Shown one piece after another: positions 47,228-57,459 of a DNA stretch of 64,000 nt; the stretch's first letter is position 1, and each line of letters opens with the position of its first letter. The notes beneath the pieces are model-generated. The model was given only the letters and a program-made list of their open reading frames with translations. It searched no databases and was not told where the DNA came from. The DNA comes from a virus. The stretch is from the IMG/VR virus record IMGVR_UViG_3300030329_005082, positions 1-64,000 of that record, one strand, 5' to 3'. The position numbers were made by a program, and so were the translations under genes.

Positions 47228-47689
47228 CTATTCTGAACCCTCAGAGGAATCACTTTCTGGGGCGGGACCATCTTCAATTTTGAAGATTTTAGAGACGCTG
47301 ATGTTATGAACCTTGAGGTCCTTGCCGGCTGTCAAAAGGATTGTATCCTTGTAATTTTCCCAACTCAGCTTCAGATGGCGACCTGTCTTTCCATCATGTT
47401 CTAGGGCGACTGCCTTATTAAGGGCATTGATGGTATAAAGAGTATTAGTCTGCTTCTTTCTGTGAACTCGGATTGTATAAAGCCGGGGATTAAATGTCCT
47501 ATCCTTGCTTACCACTGCATTATAAGTCAAGAACTTATTATCAGGATTGTCGGTGTCTTCCAATAAAAATATAAATTTATTAGTAAGATTTAGATTGTTG
47601 ACAATAAACTCAACTTCTTTGTATATTTGGTCTTCTGTAGCAGACTTTAAAAAAGATGCTAGCAGAACTCCCCTATTTTGACTCATCAA
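47228..47689 (-). CDS. Hypothetical protein of large phages
   Basis: LLASF, TYN, RVHRKKQTNTLYTINALN; ACTATTTA upstream. Confidence 0.65.
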   Translation of the reverse strand: MMSQNRGVLLASFLKSATEDQIYKEVEFIVNNLNLTNKFIFLLEDTDNPDNKFLTYNAVVSKDRTFNPRLYTIRVHRKKQTNTLYTINALNKAVALEHDGKTGRHLKLSWENYKDTILLTAGKDLKVHNISVSKIFKIEDGPAPESDSSEGSE

Positions 47690-47712
47690 AAAGTTACCTC
47701 ACGAATGTGGTA

Positions 47713-47720
47713 TAAATAGT
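47713..47720 (-). promoter_or_regulatory. Putative late promoter ACTATTTA
   Basis: Intergenic, 24 nt before ATG 47689. Confidence 0.55.
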
Positions 47721-47738
47721 TTTGATTTTGTCTTTAAA

Positions 47739-48605
47739 CTACTTCTTTGAAGTTTCAACATGGGGTTGGATCTGTGATGAATAAGCTACACACAAAACCA
47801 TCAGGTCATCAAAACTAGTTGAGTACACAGAAAAACTACTTGATACATCTTCGTTTTTGTAACTTTTTACATGGTTTTTTATCTTCTTCGTCAAAGAAGA
47901 ATCTTCCGTTAGCATTGCCTCCGGAACGCCATAGAAGAAATGAATATCCCTGGGCGACTCTAAAGGAAAGAGAAGCTTTATATCCTGCTTATCTTCTTCT
48001 AGAGACGATACCCCAAAAGTAGCAAGTCGGGAAATAACATGTGGATCAAGCTTGTTAGCCAAAACAGGGTCTGTGTGGTCAAAGTAATTAATCATGGCAA
48101 CCACATAAGCAATAAAATATGAAATGCTTTTTTCATACTCCTGAATAGAGACGTCGCCAATTAGAGATTCCACGGTCAGCTTATCTACAAGAAATATCCT
48201 TTCAAAGACTCCACTGCGAGCATATTCCTGCAATACATTAAAGGCCACGCGATCATCTCGTTTTTGAACCTCAGAACTCATTAGCCTATCTGGGCAAATA
48301 TATAACACCGTCAAAGAGGAGTCTTTAATGGTTTCCAGTACTCTCAATGCCGCACCCGAAACAGGATCTCCACCTTCCACTATGAGAAGAACTTGGTCCT
48401 TCTTTTTGATTGATCGGAGGTAGACTTCTACTTCTTGTTGGTCTATGTTTGTCTCGTAAGCTGCGTGGTCAGGCTGGAAATCTAGGGATAAGCTTCCCCG
48501 CTCCTCAATTCCTGCATCTATTTTATAGATTCTGTATTCTGGATAGGCTGTTAGTTGTTCTGCAACAGCACAGCCGGTCTTCCCTAGTCCAATAACTTTA
48601 TCCAA
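47739..48605 (-). CDS. Divergent tubulin/FtsZ-superfamily protein (PhuZ/TubZ-like)
   Basis: VIGLGKTGCAVAE (T1 loop); Rossmann-type strand order; signature loop degenerate (EGGDPVSG). Confidence 0.65.
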   Translation of the reverse strand: MDKVIGLGKTGCAVAEQLTAYPEYRIYKIDAGIEERGSLSLDFQPDHAAYETNIDQQEVEVYLRSIKKKDQVLLIVEGGDPVSGAALRVLETIKDSSLTVLYICPDRLMSSEVQKRDDRVAFNVLQEYARSGVFERIFLVDKLTVESLIGDVSIQEYEKSISYFIAYVVAMINYFDHTDPVLANKLDPHVISRLATFGVSSLEEDKQDIKLLFPLESPRDIHFFYGVPEAMLTEDSSLTKKIKNHVKSYKNEDVSSSFSVYSTSFDDLMVLCVAYSSQIQPHVETSKK

Positions 48606-49818
48606 ACTGTACTGCCCTCATAGAACCAAGAGTTTTACCTCTTTTTACGTTTACCTTGAATTTCCCAAAATTTGTGGAAGACATCAAAGTCACTAACGTA
48701 TTAATTAGGTGTTCATCCTCATTTTTCATGTCTAGAACAATAGCGTCATGAATCAGAAACGCCAGGGTTGAACCCTTAGAGTAATTCCGAAGGACATGCT
48801 CAACCTTTAGAGCCTGCTTTAGAGTCAATTCTGCTGCGGTAGACTGCACAAGGTAATTCAGAGCATGATGACGAGAAGTATCGGGTATTTCCTTCCTAAA
48901 TGGCGTTCTAACTGTGTTTCCGTCCCAATATTTGTCCAATAGTGAGTCTTTCTCATAAAATGAGGCTAATTTGGCAGCCTGAGCACGCATTTCTGAGGAA
49001 TTTGCTCCATAAAGCCACGAAAAGAAGGCGATCTTTGCATCTTCTCGGGAAGTTAGGTCGGTGAACACTTCCCGCATATGGAACTCATGCACATCATCGG
49101 CTGGTTGTGGCTTTTCAAGCAGTCCCAGCAGTGTTCGGACCTCAGCACCGTTGAAATCTAGTTCCACATAATAATCATTGGTCGGAAGGATGGCAGACCT
49201 GAAGGCTTTGTTAAGAGTCAGGATCGGGAAAGACCCTTTGTTGGTAGTTAACCTGCCGGTCTTAGTGCCAAACTGATTATAATTGACATAAGGCGGGGAA
49301 GTCAACAGAGCCTTTGCTTGGTTTGCCAGCTTCTGTACCTGAGCGAGTGACTTAACATCTTTTCTGCTAATGTTTATTGGTCTGGTTGCTATGTCACCGA
49401 GCATCATAGAAACGTGTTTGTAGAATTCGTAGCGATCAGGTTTTTCTACTGTTTTGACGATGTGTTGACAGATTTTGTTTTTTACCTCGCAAAATTCCAT
49501 CAAGAATCGCTGCGGCACCAAATCAAAGAAGCAGTTCTCAAATGTGTCAACCTTTGAAATGCTGAGAGAACGCTTGAAGGCTTGAATCTTCTTGGACACG
49601 TCTTCCCAATCGTCCTGTAGATATTCAGGGATATTGTCAGCGATCTTGCCGCCTTCCAAATAGAGGGAAACATAATCAACATCTAGATCTCGCAAGTATG
49701 GAGCATATTTCCAAGTCTTACTTAATGAGTCTGGAAACTGATCCGGATCAAAGATCAAGTTGTTATGAATATAGATTCCTACGCAATCCGATTTGTCGTC
49801 TAGGGTTTGAAAAATCAT
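48598..49818 (-). CDS. Minimal family A DNA polymerase (no exonuclease domains)
   Basis: TKTGRLT, motif A ELDFNGAEVR, motif B REDAKIAFFSWLYG, NYLVQSTAAE, motif C IHDAIV. Confidence 0.85.
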   Translation of the reverse strand: MIFQTLDDKSDCVGIYIHNNLIFDPDQFPDSLSKTWKYAPYLRDLDVDYVSLYLEGGKIADNIPEYLQDDWEDVSKKIQAFKRSLSISKVDTFENCFFDLVPQRFLMEFCEVKNKICQHIVKTVEKPDRYEFYKHVSMMLGDIATRPINISRKDVKSLAQVQKLANQAKALLTSPPYVNYNQFGTKTGRLTTNKGSFPILTLNKAFRSAILPTNDYYVELDFNGAEVRTLLGLLEKPQPADDVHEFHMREVFTDLTSREDAKIAFFSWLYGANSSEMRAQAAKLASFYEKDSLLDKYWDGNTVRTPFRKEIPDTSRHHALNYLVQSTAAELTLKQALKVEHVLRNYSKGSTLAFLIHDAIVLDMKNEDEHLINTLVTLMSSTNFGKFKVNVKRGKTLGSMRAVQFG

Positions 49819-51298
49819 TCACACTCTCTGCTCTTCTAAACCGTGGGTCAGCCTCAATTATATCCCCTACCGTACTTATTGTTAATGGGTCTGTGTCATA
49901 AGGTCCGATATACTCTTCTTGAATGAACCGCAAAGCGCGATCATATGGGTTGCGAGTACTCAAGTTGTAGATGTTCATTATCTTTTGCAGTTCTCGCCTT
50001 CTAAGGCTTGTTGACCTTTCGGGGTCTCGCTCAACCAAGCGGGAAACATAGAATGTCTTCAGTTTCCACCTTTCCCCAAAAGAGGCTTCAAACTCTGATT
50101 CGTCAATCTGGCGGCGTTCAATAACTTCAGTTTCCGGAACACAATCAACATGGACGAAATCCTCGCGAACACTAACAACTGGCAACGTTGCAACATAAGT
50201 GTTGTAGAAATTGATCAAATAGGTCTGGAGATTGTCCGCATCTGAATTCCATGTTTCATCATATGCTGTGGAAAACAGAATGTCAAACACTTGCTGTTGT
50301 GACGATGCATCCTTTACGCTCTGGAACTCTTGATAGCCGGGTTGGGGCTCTCCGTTTTCATCAAAATGGACTGCTATACGGCGCACAACATCTTCCATGC
50401 CGGGAACTTGGGAATAGCCAAACGCCATAGGCGCTAACTCTGGGTCTTGCAAGGTGGGATCACATTCGGTCACCACATTCGCGCTGTCAAATTCTTCAAT
50501 AGGTACGCCATACATGTATTCCTGCATCGCCTCGCTGCGAAGGTCAGCAACTAGACGCCATGGAACATTTCGGTCTATCATAAATCCGTACTGAGCAGCT
50601 ATGTAAGCAATGAGTTCAAAATTTTCGTCCAAGTATTCATATGACTTTGGGAAGTCTTCGCTTGGGTTTTGGCTGCCAATCTCTAACATAAGCCCAGAAG
50701 TCAGAGGCGACATAATACCACCTTCCAAAAATCCACTGAAAGTGATTGGACCAACTAGCGAAACTACCATATCTATATATTCATCAAACACACTGAGAAA
50801 ACTATCAATGTCTGTAATTCTTCTATCTTTGCCCCCTAAAGGCAAGAAAGTGGTGTTGAAAACGCTATATACATCTTCTCGCATATAGTTATCATATTTC
50901 GCAGAAGCGGGTGTCCACGCCTTGATAACCTTTGGGTCAAACCATGGACTGTCTTTATAAATTAAGTTTTGGTTGCCAAGTGATCTAACACGCTCTGCAA
51001 AGTCCCTCCAAGCATCGGCTACAAAATTTAGAACAAATTGCGTGTCTCCAGAATAACGCATTGGTTTGAGGTATTTTTGATCTACAGTGACAGTATTGCC
51101 CTTTGTACTAACAATGCCGTAAAACCTGTCAGTGTTCCATGTACTGATAGAGTTCTTAATTCGGTCTGGTGGGAAGATAGTATTATTATACCTCTGCCTT
51201 TCCTTAAAAATGTTCTTGGCACCTAAATCATTAGAACCATAGGAGTAACGCAGGATATCTTCTTGTGGGGTAATTCTTCTATCTTTTTGAGTTGCCAT
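49763..51298 (-). CDS. Hypothetical protein, probably baseplate-associated
   Basis: 511 aa, last gene of the baseplate run, stop/start overlap with hub gene. Confidence 0.5.
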   Translation of the reverse strand: MATQKDRRITPQEDILRYSYGSNDLGAKNIFKERQRYNNTIFPPDRIKNSISTWNTDRFYGIVSTKGNTVTVDQKYLKPMRYSGDTQFVLNFVADAWRDFAERVRSLGNQNLIYKDSPWFDPKVIKAWTPASAKYDNYMREDVYSVFNTTFLPLGGKDRRITDIDSFLSVFDEYIDMVVSLVGPITFSGFLEGGIMSPLTSGLMLEIGSQNPSEDFPKSYEYLDENFELIAYIAAQYGFMIDRNVPWRLVADLRSEAMQEYMYGVPIEEFDSANVVTECDPTLQDPELAPMAFGYSQVPGMEDVVRRIAVHFDENGEPQPGYQEFQSVKDASSQQQVFDILFSTAYDETWNSDADNLQTYLINFYNTYVATLPVVSVREDFVHVDCVPETEVIERRQIDESEFEASFGERWKLKTFYVSRLVERDPERSTSLRRRELQKIMNIYNLSTRNPYDRALRFIQEEYIGPYDTDPLTISTVGDIIEADPRFRRAESVNDFSNPRRQIGLRRNLYS

Positions 51299-54216
51299 CA
51301 GCTACCACTCTTCTTGTTTTTCATGCGATGTTGAAACACAGCATCTACTGTAGTTGAGTAACCCTGGTTGGTTATTTTATTAGAAGACCGGACAACCCTG
51401 TAGTATCCCCCAAGTGCCAGTACTTCGTTTGCCATAGCCCCAAGAGCAGCGCGACTATCAACGCAGATTAAGTCGCCATTTTTGTGCAGTGTGTTCCCAA
51501 CCATATCTAGCGAAACATTCTGTGGCAAAATTAAAGCATTTGGATACCGATTAGGGCGATTGATTTCTTCAATTTGTAAAGCCTGAAATTGGGGCGTATC
51601 TTGTTTGGAAAAATTAAAGTTCTTGGCAATGCCCCTGTCTGCCCCGAGAGCGTAATGAAAGATTCCAGCCTTTTCATCTTTAACTCGGTCACCTGTGAAA
51701 TCAGTCACGACCTGCCGGGCAAACAAAACATAATAACTCAATACAGGTTTGTCTGAAGAGATTATTTGATTGAAAAGATTTTTCTGTATATCTGGGAAGT
51801 CTTTCTTTGTCAACAACAGTAAATCTGGATCTTTTTCTGGCTTTATTTCTTCCTGCGTCATATACAAGGTGTAATCAAATGAGATCCTCATCTTGTATTC
51901 ACTCTGATTATTTAGAAGCATAGTTATAGCTCTCAAAAACTGGTCAAAAAACAAGCGAAATGGGTACTCGTCGCGATCTTTATCTACCATATTGTCAAAC
52001 AAAAACTGAACCAGATAATCCAGAGCAATAGGAATATCGTAGATTGGCTCATGATGGTTAATCCAAGGGTCCGCGTTGCCTTCTGTTATACCCACAAGTC
52101 TGGGAGTAAAAGTCCCAAAGATTAACTTAATGTCTTCTCTCATTTCTGCATTTTGCATAGCAGCAGCAATAATATCACCAAAAAGAACAAAAGGTATTGC
52201 CATATACTCTGGCTTCACTTGGGCCATCTCATCTTCTGTTTTCTCGCCGCGAGTGAATGTTCTACCAAGGGGGCTCCCATCCTCACTTTTCATGAATTTA
52301 GCGCGGTCTTCAGGTGTCATTTCTGCCAGTTTTTTTAGCCGGTCCTTCGCATCTTTTTTAGCTCTCGCACCTGATCCGCCAACCTTTACGGTAACTTGAT
52401 CATCTGCGCCCTTCGTGGCATGAGCCACATAAACGCGCGAGCCACGACCAGTGCCGCCGATGAGATTATTGATAAGGGATGCGTACCTTTTGACTCGCAG
52501 TTCTTTTTTAGCCCTGCTATATGCTTTTTCCACAGATTCTGCATAAGAATCCAACTTTTCTAAACCTTCTTGTTGTCCCTTTTCGCTAACATTGCTTCCA
52601 TAAGATTCTTGCAGAACTGCAAACTCCCTCTTTCTTGCGATATAATCCGACTCTCGCTTGAGCCTATCTAAGCGCACAGGTATTTTACCTGACTCCGAGA
52701 GCAGAACTTTGCCATATTCATCATTAGTCATTTGATGATAAAGGTAACCGTTGGGGTCTATTTTCCTTTGTCCCAGATCCTTATCTAAGCCGTCGGCAAA
52801 AATCAGAACCTGTTGACTGTTTAAGTTGCCTTGGGAAAAATTATTTTCACCTAGAATATCAGCCTCTACAGAGCTAAGATAATTATCAGAAGAACCCACG
52901 TAGTCTAAAGAAAGCGTCACCGGTCCTTCCTGGGAAAAGTTTACATCATAATTTGTCAAGTTAAGAAGTATGACTTTCTGTGTGGCTTGGACGCCCTCCT
53001 TGAAGCTTTTAAATTTTTTGGGACCACCGAACAGTCTCTCTAGATCTTTCTGGTTGCCTTTTGGGATTGACCACCCGACTACAACCTTGAGTTGCTTAAA
53101 ATCATCTGTTACTTTATCATTTTTTGCTTTTTGTGGACTTTTGCCAGGAAGAAGAACTCCGGAATCTTCTGTTTCTTTAATCTTTTTTTCAAGATACTTC
53201 ATGCGTGCGGATATTCCTCCGCGGTCAGTACCCGTCGTACTTGGGTCGGCAGAGTTGTGTTTTCCGTTGGTAAAAATAAAATTTAAATATTCCTTATTTA
53301 TAAGCTCAGTTAATGTGCCAAAGTATAATTCTAGTTTTGCCTTGATAATTTTATCGCCTTCATGCTTGTTGTGATAATCCCATGTAAAGCTTTTTATCCC
53401 AACTTCAGAACCCTTGCTGAAAAGCTTATTTGTCTTGTCGTCGTCTGGGTCATATATAGTATGCCCGCGGCGGGCAGCGGCTAAGTCTTTGATTTTCTTC
53501 TCGCTAGCAAAATCACTAAAATACACCTCTTTTTGAAGTGGTCTGCCGGTTTTCTTGTCCTTGTTTTTTGAGACAATAAAAAATCTCAACAAAGGCATTA
53601 GGGAAGATAATTGTGCCGGCGTTGCGTGTAGAAATGCTGACATATTTGTTGGCTGTAGAAGCTCTAGCACACCTTGCGGGGGCATTTGCGCCGCTGGAAT
53701 AATATACTTATTCCTTTCTTCTAGGAGTTTTTTGTAGAGATCTCCGGACACATTGCCAAACCCACGGGTGATGGCTGCTGAGGTTATAGAGGTCGCGAGC
53801 CTGATTTTACGCATATTCGCGATGAGGACTTCTTGTCCCGTTTGGCGAACATCTGCTTTGCCGGCGGCAATTCGCGCGGCTTCGGCGGCTTCTTCGCGGG
53901 CCTTTTGTGCCCTGGCTGAGCCCTTCCTCAAATCGTCTTGTTCTATAAAGTCTTGCGCTGCTTTATAATTTGGAGTTGGCTGTGACTCGCCTTCGCGAGA
54001 GAGTCCAGCCTGCCAGGCGTTCTCACGAATGTATTTTTCCGCCTGCTCTCTAGTTTCAAACTCAACTGTTTGATGCGTGAAGGGCGATTCGTGTACCTCG
54101 GCTGGCAAACCCCTAGCTCTGCGGTTTGCAGCATCAGCTTCGCTCCTCGCCGCTTTCGCTCGCTCGACAAGGTCCTGATATGGATCCGGCTCGTTACCAA
54201 TAGGCGTATCACTCAT
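51298..54216 (-). CDS. Baseplate hub (gp27/late-control D-like), large
   Basis: Position after LysM wedge; C-terminal SLDMVGN...LGGYYRVVRSSNKITNQGYSTTV pattern. Confidence 0.6.
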   Translation of the reverse strand: MSDTPIGNEPDPYQDLVERAKAARSEADAANRRARGLPAEVHESPFTHQTVEFETREQAEKYIRENAWQAGLSREGESQPTPNYKAAQDFIEQDDLRKGSARAQKAREEAAEAARIAAGKADVRQTGQEVLIANMRKIRLATSITSAAITRGFGNVSGDLYKKLLEERNKYIIPAAQMPPQGVLELLQPTNMSAFLHATPAQLSSLMPLLRFFIVSKNKDKKTGRPLQKEVYFSDFASEKKIKDLAAARRGHTIYDPDDDKTNKLFSKGSEVGIKSFTWDYHNKHEGDKIIKAKLELYFGTLTELINKEYLNFIFTNGKHNSADPSTTGTDRGGISARMKYLEKKIKETEDSGVLLPGKSPQKAKNDKVTDDFKQLKVVVGWSIPKGNQKDLERLFGGPKKFKSFKEGVQATQKVILLNLTNYDVNFSQEGPVTLSLDYVGSSDNYLSSVEADILGENNFSQGNLNSQQVLIFADGLDKDLGQRKIDPNGYLYHQMTNDEYGKVLLSESGKIPVRLDRLKRESDYIARKREFAVLQESYGSNVSEKGQQEGLEKLDSYAESVEKAYSRAKKELRVKRYASLINNLIGGTGRGSRVYVAHATKGADDQVTVKVGGSGARAKKDAKDRLKKLAEMTPEDRAKFMKSEDGSPLGRTFTRGEKTEDEMAQVKPEYMAIPFVLFGDIIAAAMQNAEMREDIKLIFGTFTPRLVGITEGNADPWINHHEPIYDIPIALDYLVQFLFDNMVDKDRDEYPFRLFFDQFLRAITMLLNNQSEYKMRISFDYTLYMTQEEIKPEKDPDLLLLTKKDFPDIQKNLFNQIISSDKPVLSYYVLFARQVVTDFTGDRVKDEKAGIFHYALGADRGIAKNFNFSKQDTPQFQALQIEEINRPNRYPNALILPQNVSLDMVGNTLHKNGDLICVDSRAALGAMANEVLALGGYYRVVRSSNKITNQGYSTTVDAVFQHRMKNKKSGS

Positions 54217-54554
54217 CAGAAGAACACCAATACATCTTGAAGGGGAAGTGGCACATAATAGATGTCACCTACTTTAAACTCTGCTTCCGAACCCTTTTTG
54301 TTATACCATGCAATGACCCACCAATAATCGGGTGAACCATAATATTCATTAGAGACATTATAAAGTTTGTCTGTTGCCTTCCAAACCTCTGTGACATTGG
54401 TAAGGTCAGCCATGTAATCATTTGAGGGATACCTAAACTGGGGAGATTCATATTGGTAAGTTTCCCTAATGCCCCTTCTGCGGAAGAATACATTTCTGTA
54501 GTTAGGGTCTTCATTTTTGAATATTCTTCTGCCGGCGTATCGTGAATATGTCAT
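54216..54554 (-). CDS. Baseplate wedge LysM-like protein (gp53/tail X-like)
   Basis: DKLYNVSNEYYGSPDYWWVIAWYN...GDIYYVP. Confidence 0.8.
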   Translation of the reverse strand: MTYSRYAGRRIFKNEDPNYRNVFFRRRGIRETYQYESPQFRYPSNDYMADLTNVTEVWKATDKLYNVSNEYYGSPDYWWVIAWYNKKGSEAEFKVGDIYYVPLPLQDVLVFF

Positions 54555-54559
54555 GTTGT

Positions 54560-55429
54560 TTAATCCTTTTTATTGCCCAGAATTCGGGATGCATCGGCTT
54601 CGGCGGGGCTATTTGGGTCTGTTTTCTTGAACCCCGTTAGCTCGCCAGTCTCCTTGTCGCGATAGAGGCCATCGGGATCACGGTTCTTGATGCGTGTCTT
54701 GGTGGAGGCAAGTTTTCCCTCGTCGGACCTTTCCGTGCTATAGGGAAAGGTCAGCTCATTTATCCTCCCAGAGTTATAAGCAAATTTGTTACCCTCTTTG
54801 CCAACTTGGCGATATCCTAATTCGTGCTCATGTAGGACAGTAAATTCAAAGTTAAGCCTATACGTTTTTGGGTAATACTCATTCCATTGAGGATTTCTTG
54901 TCCTGCCTTTACTGTCGGGCTCAAGTTCGCTGCTAAATGCCCCACGGCGGTTAAACATTCCGTATTCAACCGCAGGATCAAAAGTAAAGCCGTTCACATA
55001 TCCCAGCAGTCCGCGACCAGTTTTAGCATTCCTGATCAGGTTCCCAAAACTTACTCGCATTAGCGGACCTTGGTTGATGACCGTTGCTCCGCCACTGCCC
55101 TTGCCGGGATTATCATAAAGAGGATACAAGAAACTCATAAGCTTGTTGGCTTTGGCTAGGTTTTCTTCAGCATGTTCAAAAGAATCTGCGGGAACCCACC
55201 ATGCTACAGATAATGACCTCTTTGTGTTCATGAATGTTGAAATAGGATCCATGCGCCCGTAAACATCTTCAGCGTTCCACTGTGAGGAAAAGTTATCACT
55301 GAACAAGTCTATGAATGCCGGGAATACCACCATCTCTCCTGTGGGCACATGCTTAATCGTTAGATCCTCGCCGCGCTCTTTAAACTGGTGCCTAGAACCT
55401 TCTGAGTATATGTTTGGATTAAACGGCAT
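54560..55429 (-). CDS. Tail tube initiator/baseplate protein (gp48/gp54-like)
   Basis: FSSQWNAEDVYGRMDPI...RSLSVAW...PLMRVSFG...LNFEFTVLHE; follows tape measure. Confidence 0.7.
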   Translation of the reverse strand: MPFNPNIYSEGSRHQFKERGEDLTIKHVPTGEMVVFPAFIDLFSDNFSSQWNAEDVYGRMDPISTFMNTKRSLSVAWWVPADSFEHAEENLAKANKLMSFLYPLYDNPGKGSGGATVINQGPLMRVSFGNLIRNAKTGRGLLGYVNGFTFDPAVEYGMFNRRGAFSSELEPDSKGRTRNPQWNEYYPKTYRLNFEFTVLHEHELGYRQVGKEGNKFAYNSGRINELTFPYSTERSDEGKLASTKTRIKNRDPDGLYRDKETGELTGFKKTDPNSPAEADASRILGNKKD

Positions 55430-55453
55430 TATTCATCTCCTGCTCTTTTTCGC

Positions 55454-57454
55454 CTACGCTGGGGAGGCTCCTTGAAGAACCACTTTCCCGAGCTTCTCCC
55501 CGTCCACCTCCATGGTAGCTTGAACTGGACGGTTAGCTAGTGCCAAGACAGCGTTGCTAAGTTTGTCAAACTTTCGCTCTAGACTCCCCGCAGAGCTACC
55601 TTTGCTAGCGGTAACTGTATCCATGTGACTTGTTATAATTGGGCGCTGACCGGCACGAGCAATCAAGGTCGGCTGTCCAGATGGGAGTGTTTTATCTTGC
55701 ACCAATTCTGGGATTTCGCGACCGACGCCATAACCAGCCATAAAACCACCAGCACCTGTCAAAAATGCCAGTGGTCCGCCTGCCAAACCAGCAGCGCCGG
55801 CAACAGCAGCGGTGGAGGCCCCAGCAGCAGTACCGGCCATAAGGCGCTTTTGGGCTGCCCATTGCTCTTTGTCATCAGCCATAAACCCCATTGCCTGAAG
55901 GACATCTTTTATAATCAGAAAGGGTATAAGGATCTTTTTCGCAAACCAGGCCAACTTTGACATAAAACTACCAGCAACTCCTAACATTTTTGCGAACCTC
56001 ATGGCTGCTCCTGCCATCACAATCACATAGCTAGCCATTTTCCCAAGTGGGCTAGCTATAAGCCAGTTAATAGCTTCAGCTATAGCGCCAAATGTTTCTA
56101 TCATTCCGTTGAGCCAAGGCGATATATTGATAAACAATTGTTCCCAAGCCTCACTGAATTTATCTACGGCTGTTGTATATTTTTGAATTCTATCTTGGTT
56201 GTTCGCTTGTTCTCTTTGGAATTTACGCATTTCCATCGGATCGCCCAAAAGTCGCTCAGCAGTCAAAACATCTGTCTTGAGAATTTCTGCAACCATTTGC
56301 TTCTGGCGGCGTCCCATATCTTTCATGTGGATTCCGCGCATATCAAATTCTGCCCGGAGAATCTTCAATCGCTCCTCTGAGGAAGCTGCCATTAGTTCTA
56401 CAGAGTTAACCTGAAGTCCTAATTGTGCATTTAGCTTGCCGGCAACATCGGCGGATCCTTCAAAGGTATCAAACAATTCAGAGATATCAAATGCCTGTCT
56501 GGTGGTTAGCCCCAAAGTTCGTGCTTGTTGGTTCAATTTTGTAAAGACCCGGACACCATCAGTGCCAAATCTCGCCATTTGCGGACCCAGGTCCTTAAAG
56601 TCATTCACAACTGCCGACAAGGGCTGCCCCGTTCTAATGGCTAGATTTTCAAATTCTGCCATGGCTGCGAGTGCGCCTGAACGAGTCAGTCCGAAACCCT
56701 CATTAAGTTGGTCTAGGGCTTCGGAAAACGCTCCAGCGTCCACGCCCAGCTTGCTAAAACGACCAGCAAGGGCATTGGTTTCTGCCCGCGCAGTTTTACT
56801 CAAAGCTGCATACATTTTAAATCCAACACTGAGGGATCCTACAACTTTCTCGCTTTCGGAAAGTGACAGAAACAGTCCATTTTGACTGTCAGCCAAATCA
56901 TACACATCTTGACGTAAAGCAGTTGTAAAGCCAGTCTGCTTAGCTAGGCTGATATTTAGGGCATCTAGTCCTTTGGCTGCTGAACGGGTGCCTTTAGTTA
57001 TTGACTTGCCCAGTTCGGCGAAAGCATCAGAGTAATCTGTAACACCTTCTTCGTTTATTTTTATCTGCTTGATAAAATCTACATTTGCGCCAGTAAACTC
57101 CCTAATACCGTCAGAGACAGCCTTGGTTCGTTGATTAAGTTTGTCTTGGGCCTCTGCGAGTTCTATAAGCTTTTTGGTCGCTTCATCAATCTCATTATGA
57201 AACGACTCTAGTGCTTGTTGATCAGCTTCGGATAAATCAATGCCGGCTTTTTGAAGAGCCTGTTGCTCTCTTTTGAGGTCAAGGTATGCCTTGAGATCTC
57301 CATTTAGCTTTGCCTGGAGATTGAGGCGGTCCCTGTGTGCATTGTTGGATCTATTCTGCAAATCGGCTTGCTCTTTCAGGAGCCGATTAAGTTGTGCTAT
57401 CTGATCTGCATTTGCATTATTGTTATTGTTATTGTTATTGTTTTCGTTAGTCAT
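55454..57454 (-). CDS. Tail tape measure protein
   Basis: Ala/helix-rich, coiled-coil N-terminus, hydrophobic Gly/Ala C-terminal region; synteny. Confidence 0.85.
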   Translation of the reverse strand: MTNENNNNNNNNNANADQIAQLNRLLKEQADLQNRSNNAHRDRLNLQAKLNGDLKAYLDLKREQQALQKAGIDLSEADQQALESFHNEIDEATKKLIELAEAQDKLNQRTKAVSDGIREFTGANVDFIKQIKINEEGVTDYSDAFAELGKSITKGTRSAAKGLDALNISLAKQTGFTTALRQDVYDLADSQNGLFLSLSESEKVVGSLSVGFKMYAALSKTARAETNALAGRFSKLGVDAGAFSEALDQLNEGFGLTRSGALAAMAEFENLAIRTGQPLSAVVNDFKDLGPQMARFGTDGVRVFTKLNQQARTLGLTTRQAFDISELFDTFEGSADVAGKLNAQLGLQVNSVELMAASSEERLKILRAEFDMRGIHMKDMGRRQKQMVAEILKTDVLTAERLLGDPMEMRKFQREQANNQDRIQKYTTAVDKFSEAWEQLFINISPWLNGMIETFGAIAEAINWLIASPLGKMASYVIVMAGAAMRFAKMLGVAGSFMSKLAWFAKKILIPFLIIKDVLQAMGFMADDKEQWAAQKRLMAGTAAGASTAAVAGAAGLAGGPLAFLTGAGGFMAGYGVGREIPELVQDKTLPSGQPTLIARAGQRPIITSHMDTVTASKGSSAGSLERKFDKLSNAVLALANRPVQATMEVDGEKLGKVVLQGASPA
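57417..57442 (-). repeat. (AATAAC)n microsatellite encoding poly-Asn at the tape measure N-terminus
   Basis: Plus strand TTATTG tandem repeats; protein MTNENNNNNNNNNANAD. Confidence 0.85.
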
Positions 57455-57459
57455 CTAAC

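Noticed and set aside
47739-48605. Conclusion that this is a nucleus-forming phage
   Set aside because: A tubulin-like gene alone is insufficient. No chimallin or multisubunit phage RNAP is recognisable in the window, and host-type sigma70 promoters dominate early genes.
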